From positions 1-40,974 of the IMG/VR virus record IMGVR_UViG_3300025035_000602: a stretch of 40,974 nucleotides of DNA. The stretch is one strand, 5' to 3'. The translations under genes were made by a program, and so were the position numbers. Source of the DNA: a virus (Duplodnaviria > Caudoviricetes). Of the stretch, positions 9,418 through 20,185 are shown one piece after another (within the stretch, counting starts at the first letter, position 1; every line of letters begins with the position of its first letter). The notes beneath the pieces were generated by a model, which saw only the letters and a list, made by a program, of their open reading frames with translations, was not told the DNA's origin and did no database searches.

Positions 9418-10112
9418 AAAGCCTCCACAAATTTTATAGAAGGTCCTTCAACGAGAACACCATCTTCATATTTAAGACCGATGGATTCATTGCCATCATA
9501 GTAGCATTGCATTGTAGAATTAAGACCTAAACCAGCCACGGTACTGGAAGGAATTGCCATCACTAAAGCCGGAAATATACCTATTGAGCACAGGTTATTA
9601 GTTCCAGGGATTATTCCAGTAATCATATACAGTTTGCTGTGATTACTAAAGGATACAAAATCGCCCTTATAAATCGCTGACGGATTAGCTACTGCGAGGT
9701 TAACGGTGCTCGCGCCTGGACTTGCGTAGCTAGTAACAGAAGCAGTACCAAATGACCAGTTAAATTTGGAATCATAAGGGGAAAAACCCCATGTAAATTT
9801 TGAGCTTGTTTGTTCAGCGGTGTTTGGAAGCTTCTTAACAGGCAGGGGTGGCCTAATAAATACACTAGTATTAATATCATTGATAACATTATGTACAAAG
9901 AAATCAATAAAGAAATTAGTATCGAAGATCTTCGTTTCAACTTCCCATCTCTGGCCGTGCGCCGCAGATGTGATTCTTTTTAACGAAATAGTATCCGCTG
10001 TAGAGATGACTCTTTTCGAATTAATAGACACTCCTGCGGCAAACTGCGCGATTATCTTTGTATCACTCCCGTCATTTTCAGACGGCGAACTTATGTCTAA
10101 TATGCCAAACAC
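9414..10112 (-). CDS. distal tail protein (Dit-like)
   Basis: First gene after the tape measure; QRWEVE, GDFVSFSNHSKLYMI, IFPAL and terminal FVEAL motifs; GTG start with AAGGAGA SD. Confidence 0.65.
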   Translation of the reverse strand: MFGILDISSPSENDGSDTKIIAQFAAGVSINSKRVISTADTISLKRITSAAHGQRWEVETKIFDTNFFIDFFVHNVINDINTSVFIRPPLPVKKLPNTAEQTSSKFTWGFSPYDSKFNWSFGTASVTSYASPGASTVNLAVANPSAIYKGDFVSFSNHSKLYMITGIIPGTNNLCSIGIFPALVMAIPSSTVAGLGLNSTMQCYYDGNESIGLKYEDGVLVEGPSIKFVEAL

Positions 10113-10128
10113 ATATATTCTCCTTGTT

Positions 10129-10156
10129 AAAAAGGGGCCTCAAATTAGAGGCCCCT
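10129..10156 (-). terminator. intrinsic terminator after the tape measure gene
   Basis: Minus strand AGGGGCCTC-TAATTT-GAGGCCCCT followed by TTTT. Confidence 0.8.
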
Positions 10157-10161
10157 GTTCA

Positions 10162-13100
10162 TTAACGACCAATCTCTCGGTTATGCTGGTTGACCCCTGA
10201 CGCTATTTCAGGAAGCATTCTATAGATTTCTTTCTTTGTCTGAGAAGAAATATCACCAGTTATACTAAGATTGATTACCTGTGTACTCTTAGACCTGTCA
10301 ACTTCGAAGTTACCTAACCTATTGGTATTGACTGAGTTTCCTACTAAACCGCCTGTAGCAAACTTGTCAATTCTACCGAAGTTTATAGCATCGAGAAGGG
10401 GTCGCATAGTTGCGGTTGTTTTTGCATTAATTACATACTCGCCGTTGGATAACATTGTAGGGATTGAATCGGAGATGCCTGTACCTGCACCTGATACAAA
10501 ACCGCCGGTGGCAAAACCACCTCCACTGAATGCCCTAAAACCCTGCATCACTATACCGAGTATGCCCACACCACCGCCGCCGCCATTAAACATTCCTAAA
10601 ATGCCTTTGAATAAACCTCCAAGACCTCTTAAGCCTGTCATGAACATATTACCGAGGCCTCCTAAACCTGTCATAAAAATATTACCGAGACCTCCTAAGA
10701 TGTCAATCTGGCGAGTAGACGCAGAAGCTATTGTGGAGATATCTGCGGCAACCTCTCCGGAATCGCTTCCTAGCGCTCCACTCTGCATAGGTGCGGCACC
10801 GGCTGGCTGCCCCAAAAGTCCTGCAAAAAGTCCTACCTGCGGCGCCGCTGGGCTACTTAGCGGGCCTGTTGTGGTGCCTACGGGGAGTTTGTCACGGGTG
10901 AATATCTTGAATATACCATCAAAGATCCCACTTCCAAGCGACTGTAGATTTTCGACCATCTTGTTTTCTGCACTAAACATCCTCGTAGTGATTCCGTTTA
11001 CAAAGGTATCTACTACGCTACCAGTGAAGGCATCCAAGAGATTGATACCAAAATCTTTAAAGCTAGAGTTACCTTTGAACAAGCTTTTAAGACCGTCATT
11101 GATTGAAGATTCGAAAGCACTCACGAAAGATTTGCCAGCCTGCAATATGTCTTGCGCGTATCTAAAGCTACTTTCAGTCAAATCTTCAATACTGTCCTTA
11201 AGTCTAAGTATAGAGAGTTTTGCACGCTCAGCGGACTCACCGCCAATAGTAAGCATTTCTTTGTAACCATCAAGAGCACCTACCATATTTAGCAAGGCAG
11301 TTTTAACCTCAGGGGATGACATAGCGATCATTTCCTCGGTAACTCTAGGGATTACAATACCGGCTCTACCGAATTCTTCATTTAAAGCTTGGAATAAGAA
11401 AAGAATCTTTGTAGAAACATCGCCGACATTTGCTTGTGCACGCAAACCTCTGGAGCTAATATCGCTGAACGCAGGTATCGTACCCGTCTTGAAGCCAGGC
11501 ACAATACCGGAATTAAGCCGATCCAATATTGGTCTAAATCTCTTAGTAGCTTTTGCATTCACCACAAACTCACCGTTAGAAAGCATTGCAGGAACTCTGT
11601 CATCAACAGGACCGCCAGGGCCACTTATATAACCGCCAGTAGCAGCCCTCGTTACTGGTTCTGGAAATGTAACATTATCGGCACGTCCTACAAGAGCTTT
11701 AAAGCCTGTCTGAAGAACTCCATTTATATCCTTGAGTTCTGCCACAATTGGTGGATTAGCATCGGTTTCTTTCTCAGACTCTGGCAAGAATCTTCTAATA
11801 AACTTTTCTACCTCACTTGTTATGAAGCTTTGATCAGCACCCATCATTTGACTTGCAACTTGTATAGCGCTATTTAGAGCATCTCTAAAAGGTACCACAA
11901 GTTCTTTACCTGAAAGCTCCATGTCAAAGCCGAATCCAGGCAAGTTATCTCGTATCGATTTCAATATATCATTACCATCGCTAATAAGCTCATTTGTATT
12001 GCTCATTAATGTTTCTGGCGGGCCATTAAGGTTATCAATTAAGTTTGCATTTATAGCTTTATAACTTTCTATAAAAGCTTTAAATGAGCCTGGTCCTTCT
12101 CCGAATTCATTTGCAGGATTCACAGCTCTACGCATTGCTGCTATATCAGCTTCGCTAGCGATATCTAAGAACCGTTCGTAACCTTCTATAGAGGCTGATA
12201 TGTCATTTATAAAGCCACGATCCGCAGAATTCAAATTCAAGAAAGTTTCTCTTGAAAGAGACGAAGAGACCCTGTTATAACCTACAGAGAAACCTTCAGA
12301 GATACTTCTAGTTACAGTCGTAGATATCTTTTCGAGTTCACTCTGTTTTACAGTAAGTTCTAGTATGCGTTCGGCTGTCTCCAGAGTAGTTTTACTCCCC
12401 ACCCTATACAAAGCCTTAACCTTTTCTCTAGCCCTCGCTAATACATCAAGCGTAATATCAGAGAATCGCAGCATAGCTTTTATACCACCGTCAATACCGA
12501 GATCACTTCCGATATTTTCTAGACGTTCTTTGAGCGTCTTGCCAGAAGCGACTATTCTCTCAAGGCTCTGCTCATAGCTGTTAGTAAATTCAGCAATCAT
12601 CAAAAGTTGCGATTCGTTCGCAAATTTGCTGAGATCGGCCAATTGTCGCATAACACCTACCAAACCTTGCGCCTCTTGCAACCCACCTGTTCTGATGAAG
12701 TTAGCCTTATTAGAAGAGGATCCTAGATCCAAAGCATCTAGTGCCTCCGAAAGCTTTATCTCTTTTATTGACGCCTTATAAGCATCAAGAGCTTCGAGTC
12801 TCTTATACATACCTTCAAGTTCTTCTGAGGTTCTTACACGTGTTCTATCAGCAAGTGCGATGTTTAACTTTTCTATTTCATTTGTGATCCCTATATACTC
12901 TTGCAACAAGGCGTTGTCAGCTCTAATACTGCTGTTTATAGTTTGCCCAAAGTTGTCTTCGTAGCTATTGGCAGCAGCTTGTGGATTGCTAGCTGAAGTC
13001 ACGGTGGATAACTTAATCAAACTGAGGTTAGTCTTAACCCTGGACAGCTCTTTGTTGTAAGATTCTAGAACTTCTCTCTGGGCTTCAATGTTCTTAGCGT

Positions 13101-16100
13101 TAACAGAAGAAAAGAGTTCACCCAACTGTGTCTCTAATATATTCAATGTACGGGCATCTTGCGCTAATATATTTAGAGAATCTGGAGTAAGCGACAAGAA
13201 CATTGGTACACTAATATCTCCTGCGCCTGCCTTCTGTAATCTTGATTTTATAGCTTCTAGTGAAAAGTCAACTTGGATGAAACCAGTTAGGCTCTTTGTA
13301 AGATCATCAATGGCACCTTTTATTTTTAAGAACTGATCAGCAGCATAGGTGGAGCCGTCTGCAGCGACTTTGTCTAGTTCAACATTAAGTCTTTTTAATG
13401 TTTTAAGGCTTTCGCTCAGAGCAAACGGCAGACCATTATTACCTTCAAAAGCATTACTTAAAGCTTTTGCATCAAACACATTAGAAGCACCGCCGAGGAA
13501 ATCAAGAGCCTCCTTCATAAAACTGGAAGCTTTGTTTTCTTCGTTCAGTTGAGCCGCTCTCGCACGGTTTCTCTCCATTCTACGATTTATATTCTGTAGA
13601 GATTTCAATACATCAATCCCTATGTCTTCTCGTAGGCCTGTAGCTATTGCAGTATTTAGCCGATCTTTCATGGACTTGTTGAAGTAAGACATACTCGCTA
13701 GCATTTGGCGCTCAACTTCACTCAAATAGAAGTTTTGAATCCCGCCAAAATCTACATCTAGTTCCTTGTTAACTTCTACTAACGTTTCGTTTAAGCCTAT
13801 GCGAAGCCCTTTAGTGGCTTCATTGTACAACACGGATTGTACGGATTGAAGCTTTTTCATGAATACGCTAGTAGCTTCCCCAAAATCCACAAGCTCATTT
13901 ATTCTAGCATCAATCGCACTAGTGGATTCATTGATTCTACCTTGAACTATGCTAGTCGTAGGTTTCTGCTCGCGTATGTTAATCAGTCTACTATTCTTTG
14001 CAAGAGAGTTATTAAGAGACTCAATTATACTCTCTAAGACTGATATTTCATCTTTAGCATTTCTCTCCACAGCGTTCTGCAAAAGACCACTTGCAATTCT
14101 TCTAGCAGCTAATTGTCTGTTTTGGATCCCAGCTAAATCTTTAATGAAGCCTGGAGCGTCATCTCCAGCCTGCAGGATGCCTTTAACAGCTGCTAGATTA
14201 TCTCTCTCAGATTCTCTCATTAATGCTGCTAGTTTAGAGATTTCAAATAGGTCTTTTTTGGGAATATTTGGATCTTTGAACAGGGTCAAAGGGAACGACG
14301 CAAGACTTTGAGGTTTTAGAGTATCACTGATGATAATGTCATTTATTTCAGCTTTGTTGCTAGCATCAGAGGCGATGCTTCTAAGCTGATCGTACAACTC
14401 ATCGGTGCTATCGTAGACATTCTCAATGTATTCACCTAAAAAGGTTTTCATACGATCTGAAATCTTAAAGTCTCTATAAGAAGCCGTCAATAGCAATGCA
14501 CTGGCTTCATCCATTTCATCCTGAAGCTGTATAAGACCGCGTTTATAAGCTTCTTGGAAACCTTGCGGTAATAAATCCTCGGGATCATTAAGGATGTCAC
14601 CATACTCATCTCTTAACGCCTTTAATCGATCAAGATATGGCCCAAGAACTTGTTTGTCAACATCAGTAGTAGCATTGAAGCCTAAGAAACCACCTGTATC
14701 TATAGTGAACTGCTCTTCAAAGGCTTTTCTAGTTCTTTCATTTAGACGTTGAGTTTGTTTCTTAAACTGATTCTCAACGGCAGCTATAGCTTCAGGAGAG
14801 TTAAACTCACCCGTACCTACACGTCTCTGAAACTCTTGGTAAGAGTTTGATAAGTTTAGAATATCATCGAATAGCCTTTCCTGAACAACATTCGTAGAAC
14901 CTGTAAACTCCCTGGCAAGCCTCTGCATTTGCTCCAATTGACCTTCTTCTGTACTTCTTGAGAAGTTACGGAGTCTCGCAAAGAAAGAGGTGTCCATACT
15001 GTCTTCGAAAGACGATATCATGTTATCAATGATGTCTTTTATGGTATCACGACTACGTTTAGGAATCGTCGTCATGATTCTTTCCCACTTATCGTAGTCG
15101 GACTGAAGTTGCTGTCTGGCCTCTTCAGTAAACTTACCGTCAGCTTCATCCTCGATCGCTTGCTTTATCAGGTCACCCAAAGCTGACGTTTGTCGCTCTA
15201 CTGTCAGTCTTTGTCTTGCACTTAATGCCTTGTAATCATTACCTTCGGTGACTGCTTTTGGATCGTATCGTATGCCGAGTCTTTTAATCTCAGACTCGCT
15301 AAGCTTAGGTAGCCCTTTCTCAATTTTATTACGCTGACCGGCCCTTGTCTGAGGCTCGAATCCAAAGATTTTACGGACCCAATCCCAAGCAAGTGAAAAC
15401 TTATCAAAAAGCGTATCACCAGGTCCAAACAACCACACTCCAATCGCGCCACCAACAGCAGCCACGCCAATCACGACAGCGAGGCCTAGCGTAAGATCTG
15501 CTATCCAGCTAATAGCAGAAAAAAGCAGGGTTTTCAAACCTTTTAAAGACTGCGCTGTGAGAATAACACTATTACGAAGTAGATCCCAAGCAGCACTTAA
15601 GGTACCCATCACTCCTAACCCTGTCTTTCCAAGCGCTTTATAACTTGCTCTGACAACGGCAAGTTGCTTAGGATGGTTTTCAAAGAGCTTCGTGAAACCT
15701 AACCTTCTAGCGGGTAGTGCGGGGTCTAATACAGAAAGGCTATTTCTTACACCAGCGGCGTCCATCATGAGGTTTGCACCCCTCATCTGCAAACTTGTCA
15801 AACCGTCTTTTGCTACTTCGCCCATAAGCGCTACTTCACCTAAACTTTCTACAAGTCTGGTTGCAAATAATAGAGGTAGCTTTAAGCCTAACATTACACC
15901 ACCGCCTACAATACTAGCAAAAGTTATACCAACAGCCTTACCTGCAAATATCACTTTTCTTAAGGCCGGCAGCAACCCTGTAGTTAACGTATTTCGTAGC
16001 TCTTTTCCAGCTGAAGCAAAGGCTAACTTTTTACTTCCAGTGAACTCGAGTACAGTAAAGAATGTTTGCCAATAGTCTATAAGTGTTAAAACTGTACTTA

Positions 16101-19100
16101 CGAGTATCTTTGTGGTAACAATAAAGAATGTTACACTGGCTATGAGTGTAAGAAAACTCTCACTTAAAGTCTTAGTTGCGTCCGAGAATGAGGCAGCCGA
16201 AGCAGTAGCAGCTGCGAATATAAATCCAGCGGCAATTAGCCACTTAGCTTTTAACAATACTGTTATAAATCCGTTAAAGTCTCTAACAACACTTCGCCAG
16301 ACACTCTTAGAGAATTCCGCAATACTGCGAAATGTGTCAAATAATCCTGTCTTGAAAGATCTGAAAAAGACTAGACCGTTTGTGAATGTAGTCCTTACAC
16401 CATCCGACAACTCTCTTGCGCTTCTAACTATGTTAGCATTAAAGATATTTTCCAGCGGCTTCGTATTGCGCTTACCATCGAGCCCAGCGGTGAATAGGTT
16501 ACTGAGGTTAATACCAGAATTCGATCTAAATAACTTTCCAATATTGTTCTTGAAATTACTGAAACCTGTAACAAACAACGACCCTAGATCTACAAAGAAT
16601 CTCGCAACACGGCCTTTGCCTTCACCATTTTTAATATCTAGATTGAGCATCTCTGTAACATTTATAACATTTTTGAACTTTTTACGGCCAGAGCCGTCGT
16701 TTGTTTCTACCATGGCATGTGTCAAGGCTTGCCAAATACCTATGTCACCTTTCACAAAAGCATCTCTGTTTTTACTAGCGTTTGATAGTACGCTAGAGAT
16801 CAATCCGATAACTCCACCTACCATAGCCTTATTAGGTTTCAATTTACTAAAAACCTTACCGAAGCCGGCTGTAAGAGCACCGCCTACTGTAGATACCATG
16901 TTTAGAGCTATCCTTTTCACTACATCACCACCAACCGTGCTGAATAGTGAGTGTAGGGCTAGAATTAGAGCGGTAGCTGAAGTGCCTAATACTTGATCTA
17001 ATCCCGTTTGAAAAACTAAAGAGTAGCCAATAAGCCTAGAAGCCATACCGGCCACACCAGCATTCATTACAGTGTAAATCTTCAGCCAATTTTTCTTCAG
17101 CGTTTTTGTAAGACCATTGAATCCGCCACCTAACAGCAACTGGTAGGCTGTGAACACTGCTAGCAATTTTCCAACAATTTGAGTGTTGAAGATAGAGTTT
17201 ATCAGAGGCGTTAAAAGAGGTATATTGGTCTGTCCTATAATGCCGGTGAGAGCGCCGCTAAACAGAGAGCCAGCACTATCAGCAAACAGCTTCATAGCCA
17301 TTCTCACGCCATCTATTAGATCAGCTCCAAAGACTCTAGCCATCTCATTCAACGATTTATCAGGTATTCTAAAAGCTTTAGCTAAACCATCTACAGCGTC
17401 TTCTCCTAACATCGCAAAGAAATGTGACAAACCTATAAGACGCCCTATGGTATTTCCGCTGAATATAGCAATTGCTGCAGTTATTGATGCAAACAGGTTT
17501 GCTGCAATATTACCTGCTAGTATCGAAAAGTCTATCTTTGAAAAACTTGACAACATAGCTTGAATTGCAGAAGATACCTCATTTAAGCTGGCAGAAGCGC
17601 TTGAAAATGCCGTTTGAAACAAGCCTTTTGTAGATCTTGTAAAGCCGCTAAGAATCTGAGTAGCCCGATCTAGATCGCTGGTTTTCGCTACGACACCATC
17701 AATTAAATCCGGCCAGTATGAGTTTCCAACAACTTTGTCATAGGCGTCTAAAAAGTAACCTTTAACTCTCTTTGTAAAATTCTCTACATTAGATAGTGCC
17801 ACTTTTAAATTGTTGCTAAACTCGATGACGTCTCCGCCAAGATTACCTAACGTTTTGCTAGAAATAATGTCGTTGATAATGGTCGACACATTTCTATAGG
17901 ATTGCTCAAGTCCTGTCTCAAATCCGAGATTTTTATTAAACTGATTTTTAAAGCCTTTATAAAAGCTCAAGGCGATATCTCTTGCAAACTTAAAAGTCTC
18001 TTTACCCAACTTAGAAAAAGTCTTTATGATAAATAATAAGAGACTATCACTCATATCTTGAAAACTGGTTTCATAGATCTTTTTAGATAATGAAATAGCA
18101 CTTTTCAGAGAACCAGTTACTAGTGTTGCAATTATCCTACCAACGTCTCTGAAGACTAACAATATACCTCTACGTAACCCCGAACCGTAAGCTTTAAGAT
18201 ACGCTCTTGCAAACCCAAGAATTCTTTCTAATTCTGGTGCAATATTTTGCTTATAAATTGATTGTAAAGAACTAGCTATCAGTCTAAAGAACTCTACTAG
18301 TTCTTCTTTAGGCAGACGTCCTATACGGAAGAATACATTTTCAATAAGACCTAGTCTAATTCCAATCCCTCTCAAGGCCTCTCCAGCATCGTGCACCGCA
18401 TTAAGTACTTGACCGAATTCTGTCCAGTTTCCAAGCCAACGACGTCCTTGCTCTCTTTGGTTGTTTAACGTTTTAAAAGCCTCAACGAACTCTATCAAGT
18501 TATCAGCTCTAAACATGTCTGTGAAAGCTTTTTCGACGTTTTTCGAATTAGCAAAAGGGTTCACAAAAAACGTTATGAGTTTAAGATTGTTTGACAACTT
18601 GAACATTTCATCGGTGATTTTCCGTCTGATGTTAATCAGCTTTGTCACGACCAAGAGTTCTGCTTCACTAAACACAGAAAGGATTGGTTTGAAAAAAGTT
18701 GGAAAAAACCTTGAGATAATCTTACCGGTTATTATGAAAGATCTTATGATTTCCTTTGGCAAGTCTACGAACAGTGCTCTAGCATTTTTTGCAAAGTCAG
18801 AAGTTCCTAAAAAGGCTAATGGCACCGCCTTGATCGGTTTTGTAGCCTCTCTCCTAGCTTTTGCAATGTCTCTGAAAGTCGGTGCAATTTCCTTCAAAGA
18901 ATTGCCAAACATATCAACACCGAGGTCTTCTTCTACAGCTTTTGTAGTTTCACTTTTAAAGAAGTTTAAAACTTTGGTAAACGACTTCAAAGCATCTTTT
19001 TGTTTTTGAATGGTTCTTGCTGCAGAAAATACGGTGGATATATCAATCTTGTCAGCCAATACCCCCCTTACGACAAGTATTGCAGTTTTGAACATAGTCA

Positions 19101-20124
19101 GTTCTTGACGAAAGGCTCTAAACCCTGCTGTCAAATCAAAGGTAGCTGAGATGACCCTTCTTCGGGCCATTTCAAGAGAATCGGCCAAATATGTTAAAAA
19201 AGAAAAATTGCGCCGACTAGCACCAGATAATAGTGCTAATTCGCCAAAAAAGGCCTTTGACGCATCTAGTAGGCGTATCATACCTTGGCTAGCAGTGGCG
19301 GTTGATTTGGCAAAATCAGAGTCTACAGTCTCCGACATATCTAGGAGGATGTCAACCATTGCCTTGCCGGTCAAATTTCCCGCTTCAGCAAACTTCAAAA
19401 GTTCGCCAGCAGTCATATTTAACTCTTGTCGTAAACCTCTGCCTAAGTAGTCAAACTGCTCAAGAACTGCCCTCAATTCTTGGCCTCGAAGTTCAGAACC
19501 AAGACCCTGATTTAGCTGCACAAAAGCCGATTTGATTGATTCTGCAGAACCGGAAGACATTGCTGCCATTTTCTGAAGATTGGATGTTACCTTAACGATT
19601 TTACGATCAGAAACCCCTAGTGTGCTTAAGGTCAAAGCGAGCGTCTTATAGGTTGTTATCGAGTCTTCAATACTTGAGCGTGTCTCTCTCGCAATATCAC
19701 GAAGCTCTTGCTCCTTTATCAGCAACCCTGCCATTGTATCTGATGTTAGCGATAAGGCGTTTCTATATCGGATTACAGTATCTCCAGCTCTTAAAAAACT
19801 GGTAGTCGTTACCGTTGCTACAGACACTGTTATTAGCGCTTTGAAGCCAGATACAAGTCCATTAATACTGGTGGCAAGTTTATCGCTTTCTGTTTTCGTA
19901 TCCTTAAGGCTTTTTTTCGATTGGTCGCCAAAATTCTTAACATCTCTCGTAACTTCTTTGATTTTACTGCTATTTCCTATGGAAGCGGCATTATTTAAGT
20001 TCCGAAAGCTTCCTGTAACAATGTTTGCTTGTCTAGCCATTTCTGCCAGACTTCTGTTAAGCTCCACCAACTGCTTTCGTGCGCCTCTATCTTCCGCCTC
20101 TATAGGGATCCGTATACCGGTCAT
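10162..20124 (-). CDS. tail tape measure protein (~3320 aa)
   Basis: N-terminal tape-measure domain (QLNQGLGSELRGQELRAVLEQ), long helical Ala/Gly/Leu-rich body, C-terminal ATGG..SG.G...D..P.MLSNGE motifs. Start moved from 20211 to ATG 20124 (MTGIRIP), which has an AAGGAGA SD and lies after a terminator. Confidence 0.9.
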   Translation of the reverse strand: MTGIRIPIEAEDRGARKQLVELNRSLAEMARQANIVTGSFRNLNNAASIGNSSKIKEVTRDVKNFGDQSKKSLKDTKTESDKLATSINGLVSGFKALITVSVATVTTTSFLRAGDTVIRYRNALSLTSDTMAGLLIKEQELRDIARETRSSIEDSITTYKTLALTLSTLGVSDRKIVKVTSNLQKMAAMSSGSAESIKSAFVQLNQGLGSELRGQELRAVLEQFDYLGRGLRQELNMTAGELLKFAEAGNLTGKAMVDILLDMSETVDSDFAKSTATASQGMIRLLDASKAFFGELALLSGASRRNFSFLTYLADSLEMARRRVISATFDLTAGFRAFRQELTMFKTAILVVRGVLADKIDISTVFSAARTIQKQKDALKSFTKVLNFFKSETTKAVEEDLGVDMFGNSLKEIAPTFRDIAKARREATKPIKAVPLAFLGTSDFAKNARALFVDLPKEIIRSFIITGKIISRFFPTFFKPILSVFSEAELLVVTKLINIRRKITDEMFKLSNNLKLITFFVNPFANSKNVEKAFTDMFRADNLIEFVEAFKTLNNQREQGRRWLGNWTEFGQVLNAVHDAGEALRGIGIRLGLIENVFFRIGRLPKEELVEFFRLIASSLQSIYKQNIAPELERILGFARAYLKAYGSGLRRGILLVFRDVGRIIATLVTGSLKSAISLSKKIYETSFQDMSDSLLLFIIKTFSKLGKETFKFARDIALSFYKGFKNQFNKNLGFETGLEQSYRNVSTIINDIISSKTLGNLGGDVIEFSNNLKVALSNVENFTKRVKGYFLDAYDKVVGNSYWPDLIDGVVAKTSDLDRATQILSGFTRSTKGLFQTAFSSASASLNEVSSAIQAMLSSFSKIDFSILAGNIAANLFASITAAIAIFSGNTIGRLIGLSHFFAMLGEDAVDGLAKAFRIPDKSLNEMARVFGADLIDGVRMAMKLFADSAGSLFSGALTGIIGQTNIPLLTPLINSIFNTQIVGKLLAVFTAYQLLLGGGFNGLTKTLKKNWLKIYTVMNAGVAGMASRLIGYSLVFQTGLDQVLGTSATALILALHSLFSTVGGDVVKRIALNMVSTVGGALTAGFGKVFSKLKPNKAMVGGVIGLISSVLSNASKNRDAFVKGDIGIWQALTHAMVETNDGSGRKKFKNVINVTEMLNLDIKNGEGKGRVARFFVDLGSLFVTGFSNFKNNIGKLFRSNSGINLSNLFTAGLDGKRNTKPLENIFNANIVRSARELSDGVRTTFTNGLVFFRSFKTGLFDTFRSIAEFSKSVWRSVVRDFNGFITVLLKAKWLIAAGFIFAAATASAASFSDATKTLSESFLTLIASVTFFIVTTKILVSTVLTLIDYWQTFFTVLEFTGSKKLAFASAGKELRNTLTTGLLPALRKVIFAGKAVGITFASIVGGGVMLGLKLPLLFATRLVESLGEVALMGEVAKDGLTSLQMRGANLMMDAAGVRNSLSVLDPALPARRLGFTKLFENHPKQLAVVRASYKALGKTGLGVMGTLSAAWDLLRNSVILTAQSLKGLKTLLFSAISWIADLTLGLAVVIGVAAVGGAIGVWLFGPGDTLFDKFSLAWDWVRKIFGFEPQTRAGQRNKIEKGLPKLSESEIKRLGIRYDPKAVTEGNDYKALSARQRLTVERQTSALGDLIKQAIEDEADGKFTEEARQQLQSDYDKWERIMTTIPKRSRDTIKDIIDNMISSFEDSMDTSFFARLRNFSRSTEEGQLEQMQRLAREFTGSTNVVQERLFDDILNLSNSYQEFQRRVGTGEFNSPEAIAAVENQFKKQTQRLNERTRKAFEEQFTIDTGGFLGFNATTDVDKQVLGPYLDRLKALRDEYGDILNDPEDLLPQGFQEAYKRGLIQLQDEMDEASALLLTASYRDFKISDRMKTFLGEYIENVYDSTDELYDQLRSIASDASNKAEINDIIISDTLKPQSLASFPLTLFKDPNIPKKDLFEISKLAALMRESERDNLAAVKGILQAGDDAPGFIKDLAGIQNRQLAARRIASGLLQNAVERNAKDEISVLESIIESLNNSLAKNSRLINIREQKPTTSIVQGRINESTSAIDARINELVDFGEATSVFMKKLQSVQSVLYNEATKGLRIGLNETLVEVNKELDVDFGGIQNFYLSEVERQMLASMSYFNKSMKDRLNTAIATGLREDIGIDVLKSLQNINRRMERNRARAAQLNEENKASSFMKEALDFLGGASNVFDAKALSNAFEGNNGLPFALSESLKTLKRLNVELDKVAADGSTYAADQFLKIKGAIDDLTKSLTGFIQVDFSLEAIKSRLQKAGAGDISVPMFLSLTPDSLNILAQDARTLNILETQLGELFSSVNAKNIEAQREVLESYNKELSRVKTNLSLIKLSTVTSASNPQAAANSYEDNFGQTINSSIRADNALLQEYIGITNEIEKLNIALADRTRVRTSEELEGMYKRLEALDAYKASIKEIKLSEALDALDLGSSSNKANFIRTGGLQEAQGLVGVMRQLADLSKFANESQLLMIAEFTNSYEQSLERIVASGKTLKERLENIGSDLGIDGGIKAMLRFSDITLDVLARAREKVKALYRVGSKTTLETAERILELTVKQSELEKISTTVTRSISEGFSVGYNRVSSSLSRETFLNLNSADRGFINDISASIEGYERFLDIASEADIAAMRRAVNPANEFGEGPGSFKAFIESYKAINANLIDNLNGPPETLMSNTNELISDGNDILKSIRDNLPGFGFDMELSGKELVVPFRDALNSAIQVASQMMGADQSFITSEVEKFIRRFLPESEKETDANPPIVAELKDINGVLQTGFKALVGRADNVTFPEPVTRAATGGYISGPGGPVDDRVPAMLSNGEFVVNAKATKRFRPILDRLNSGIVPGFKTGTIPAFSDISSRGLRAQANVGDVSTKILFLFQALNEEFGRAGIVIPRVTEEMIAMSSPEVKTALLNMVGALDGYKEMLTIGGESAERAKLSILRLKDSIEDLTESSFRYAQDILQAGKSFVSAFESSINDGLKSLFKGNSSFKDFGINLLDAFTGSVVDTFVNGITTRMFSAENKMVENLQSLGSGIFDGIFKIFTRDKLPVGTTTGPLSSPAAPQVGLFAGLLGQPAGAAPMQSGALGSDSGEVAADISTIASASTRQIDILGGLGNIFMTGLGGLGNMFMTGLRGLGGLFKGILGMFNGGGGGVGILGIVMQGFRAFSGGGFATGGFVSGAGTGISDSIPTMLSNGEYVINAKTTATMRPLLDAINFGRIDKFATGGLVGNSVNTNRLGNFEVDRSKSTQVINLSITGDISSQTKKEIYRMLPEIASGVNQHNREIGR
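10596..10700 (-). repeat. 33-bp / 11-aa tandem repeats in the tape measure (GGLGNIFMTGL GGLGNMFMTGL RGLGGLFKGIL)
   Basis: Seen in both protein and DNA (cctgtcatgaacatattaccgaggcctcctaa / cctgtcataaaaatattaccgagacctcctaa). Confidence 0.8.
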
Positions 20125-20144
20125 ACACGTTCTCCTTATTGCGT

Positions 20145-20182
20145 AAAAATCCCGTTGAGCTCTTACAGAACCCAACGGGATT
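20145..20182 (-). terminator. intrinsic terminator upstream of the tape measure gene
   Basis: Minus strand AATCCCGTTGGGTTCT-GTA-AGAGCTCAACGGGATT (16-bp stem with two G-U pairs) ending in a T5 run. Confidence 0.75.
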
Positions 20183-20185
20183 GGC

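Noticed and set aside
10271-20146. Many long plus-strand ORFs (e.g. 10271..11266, 16112..16996) opposite the tape measure
   Set aside because: Antisense shadows of a long coding frame; no SD, no motifs, composition mirrors the minus-strand codons.
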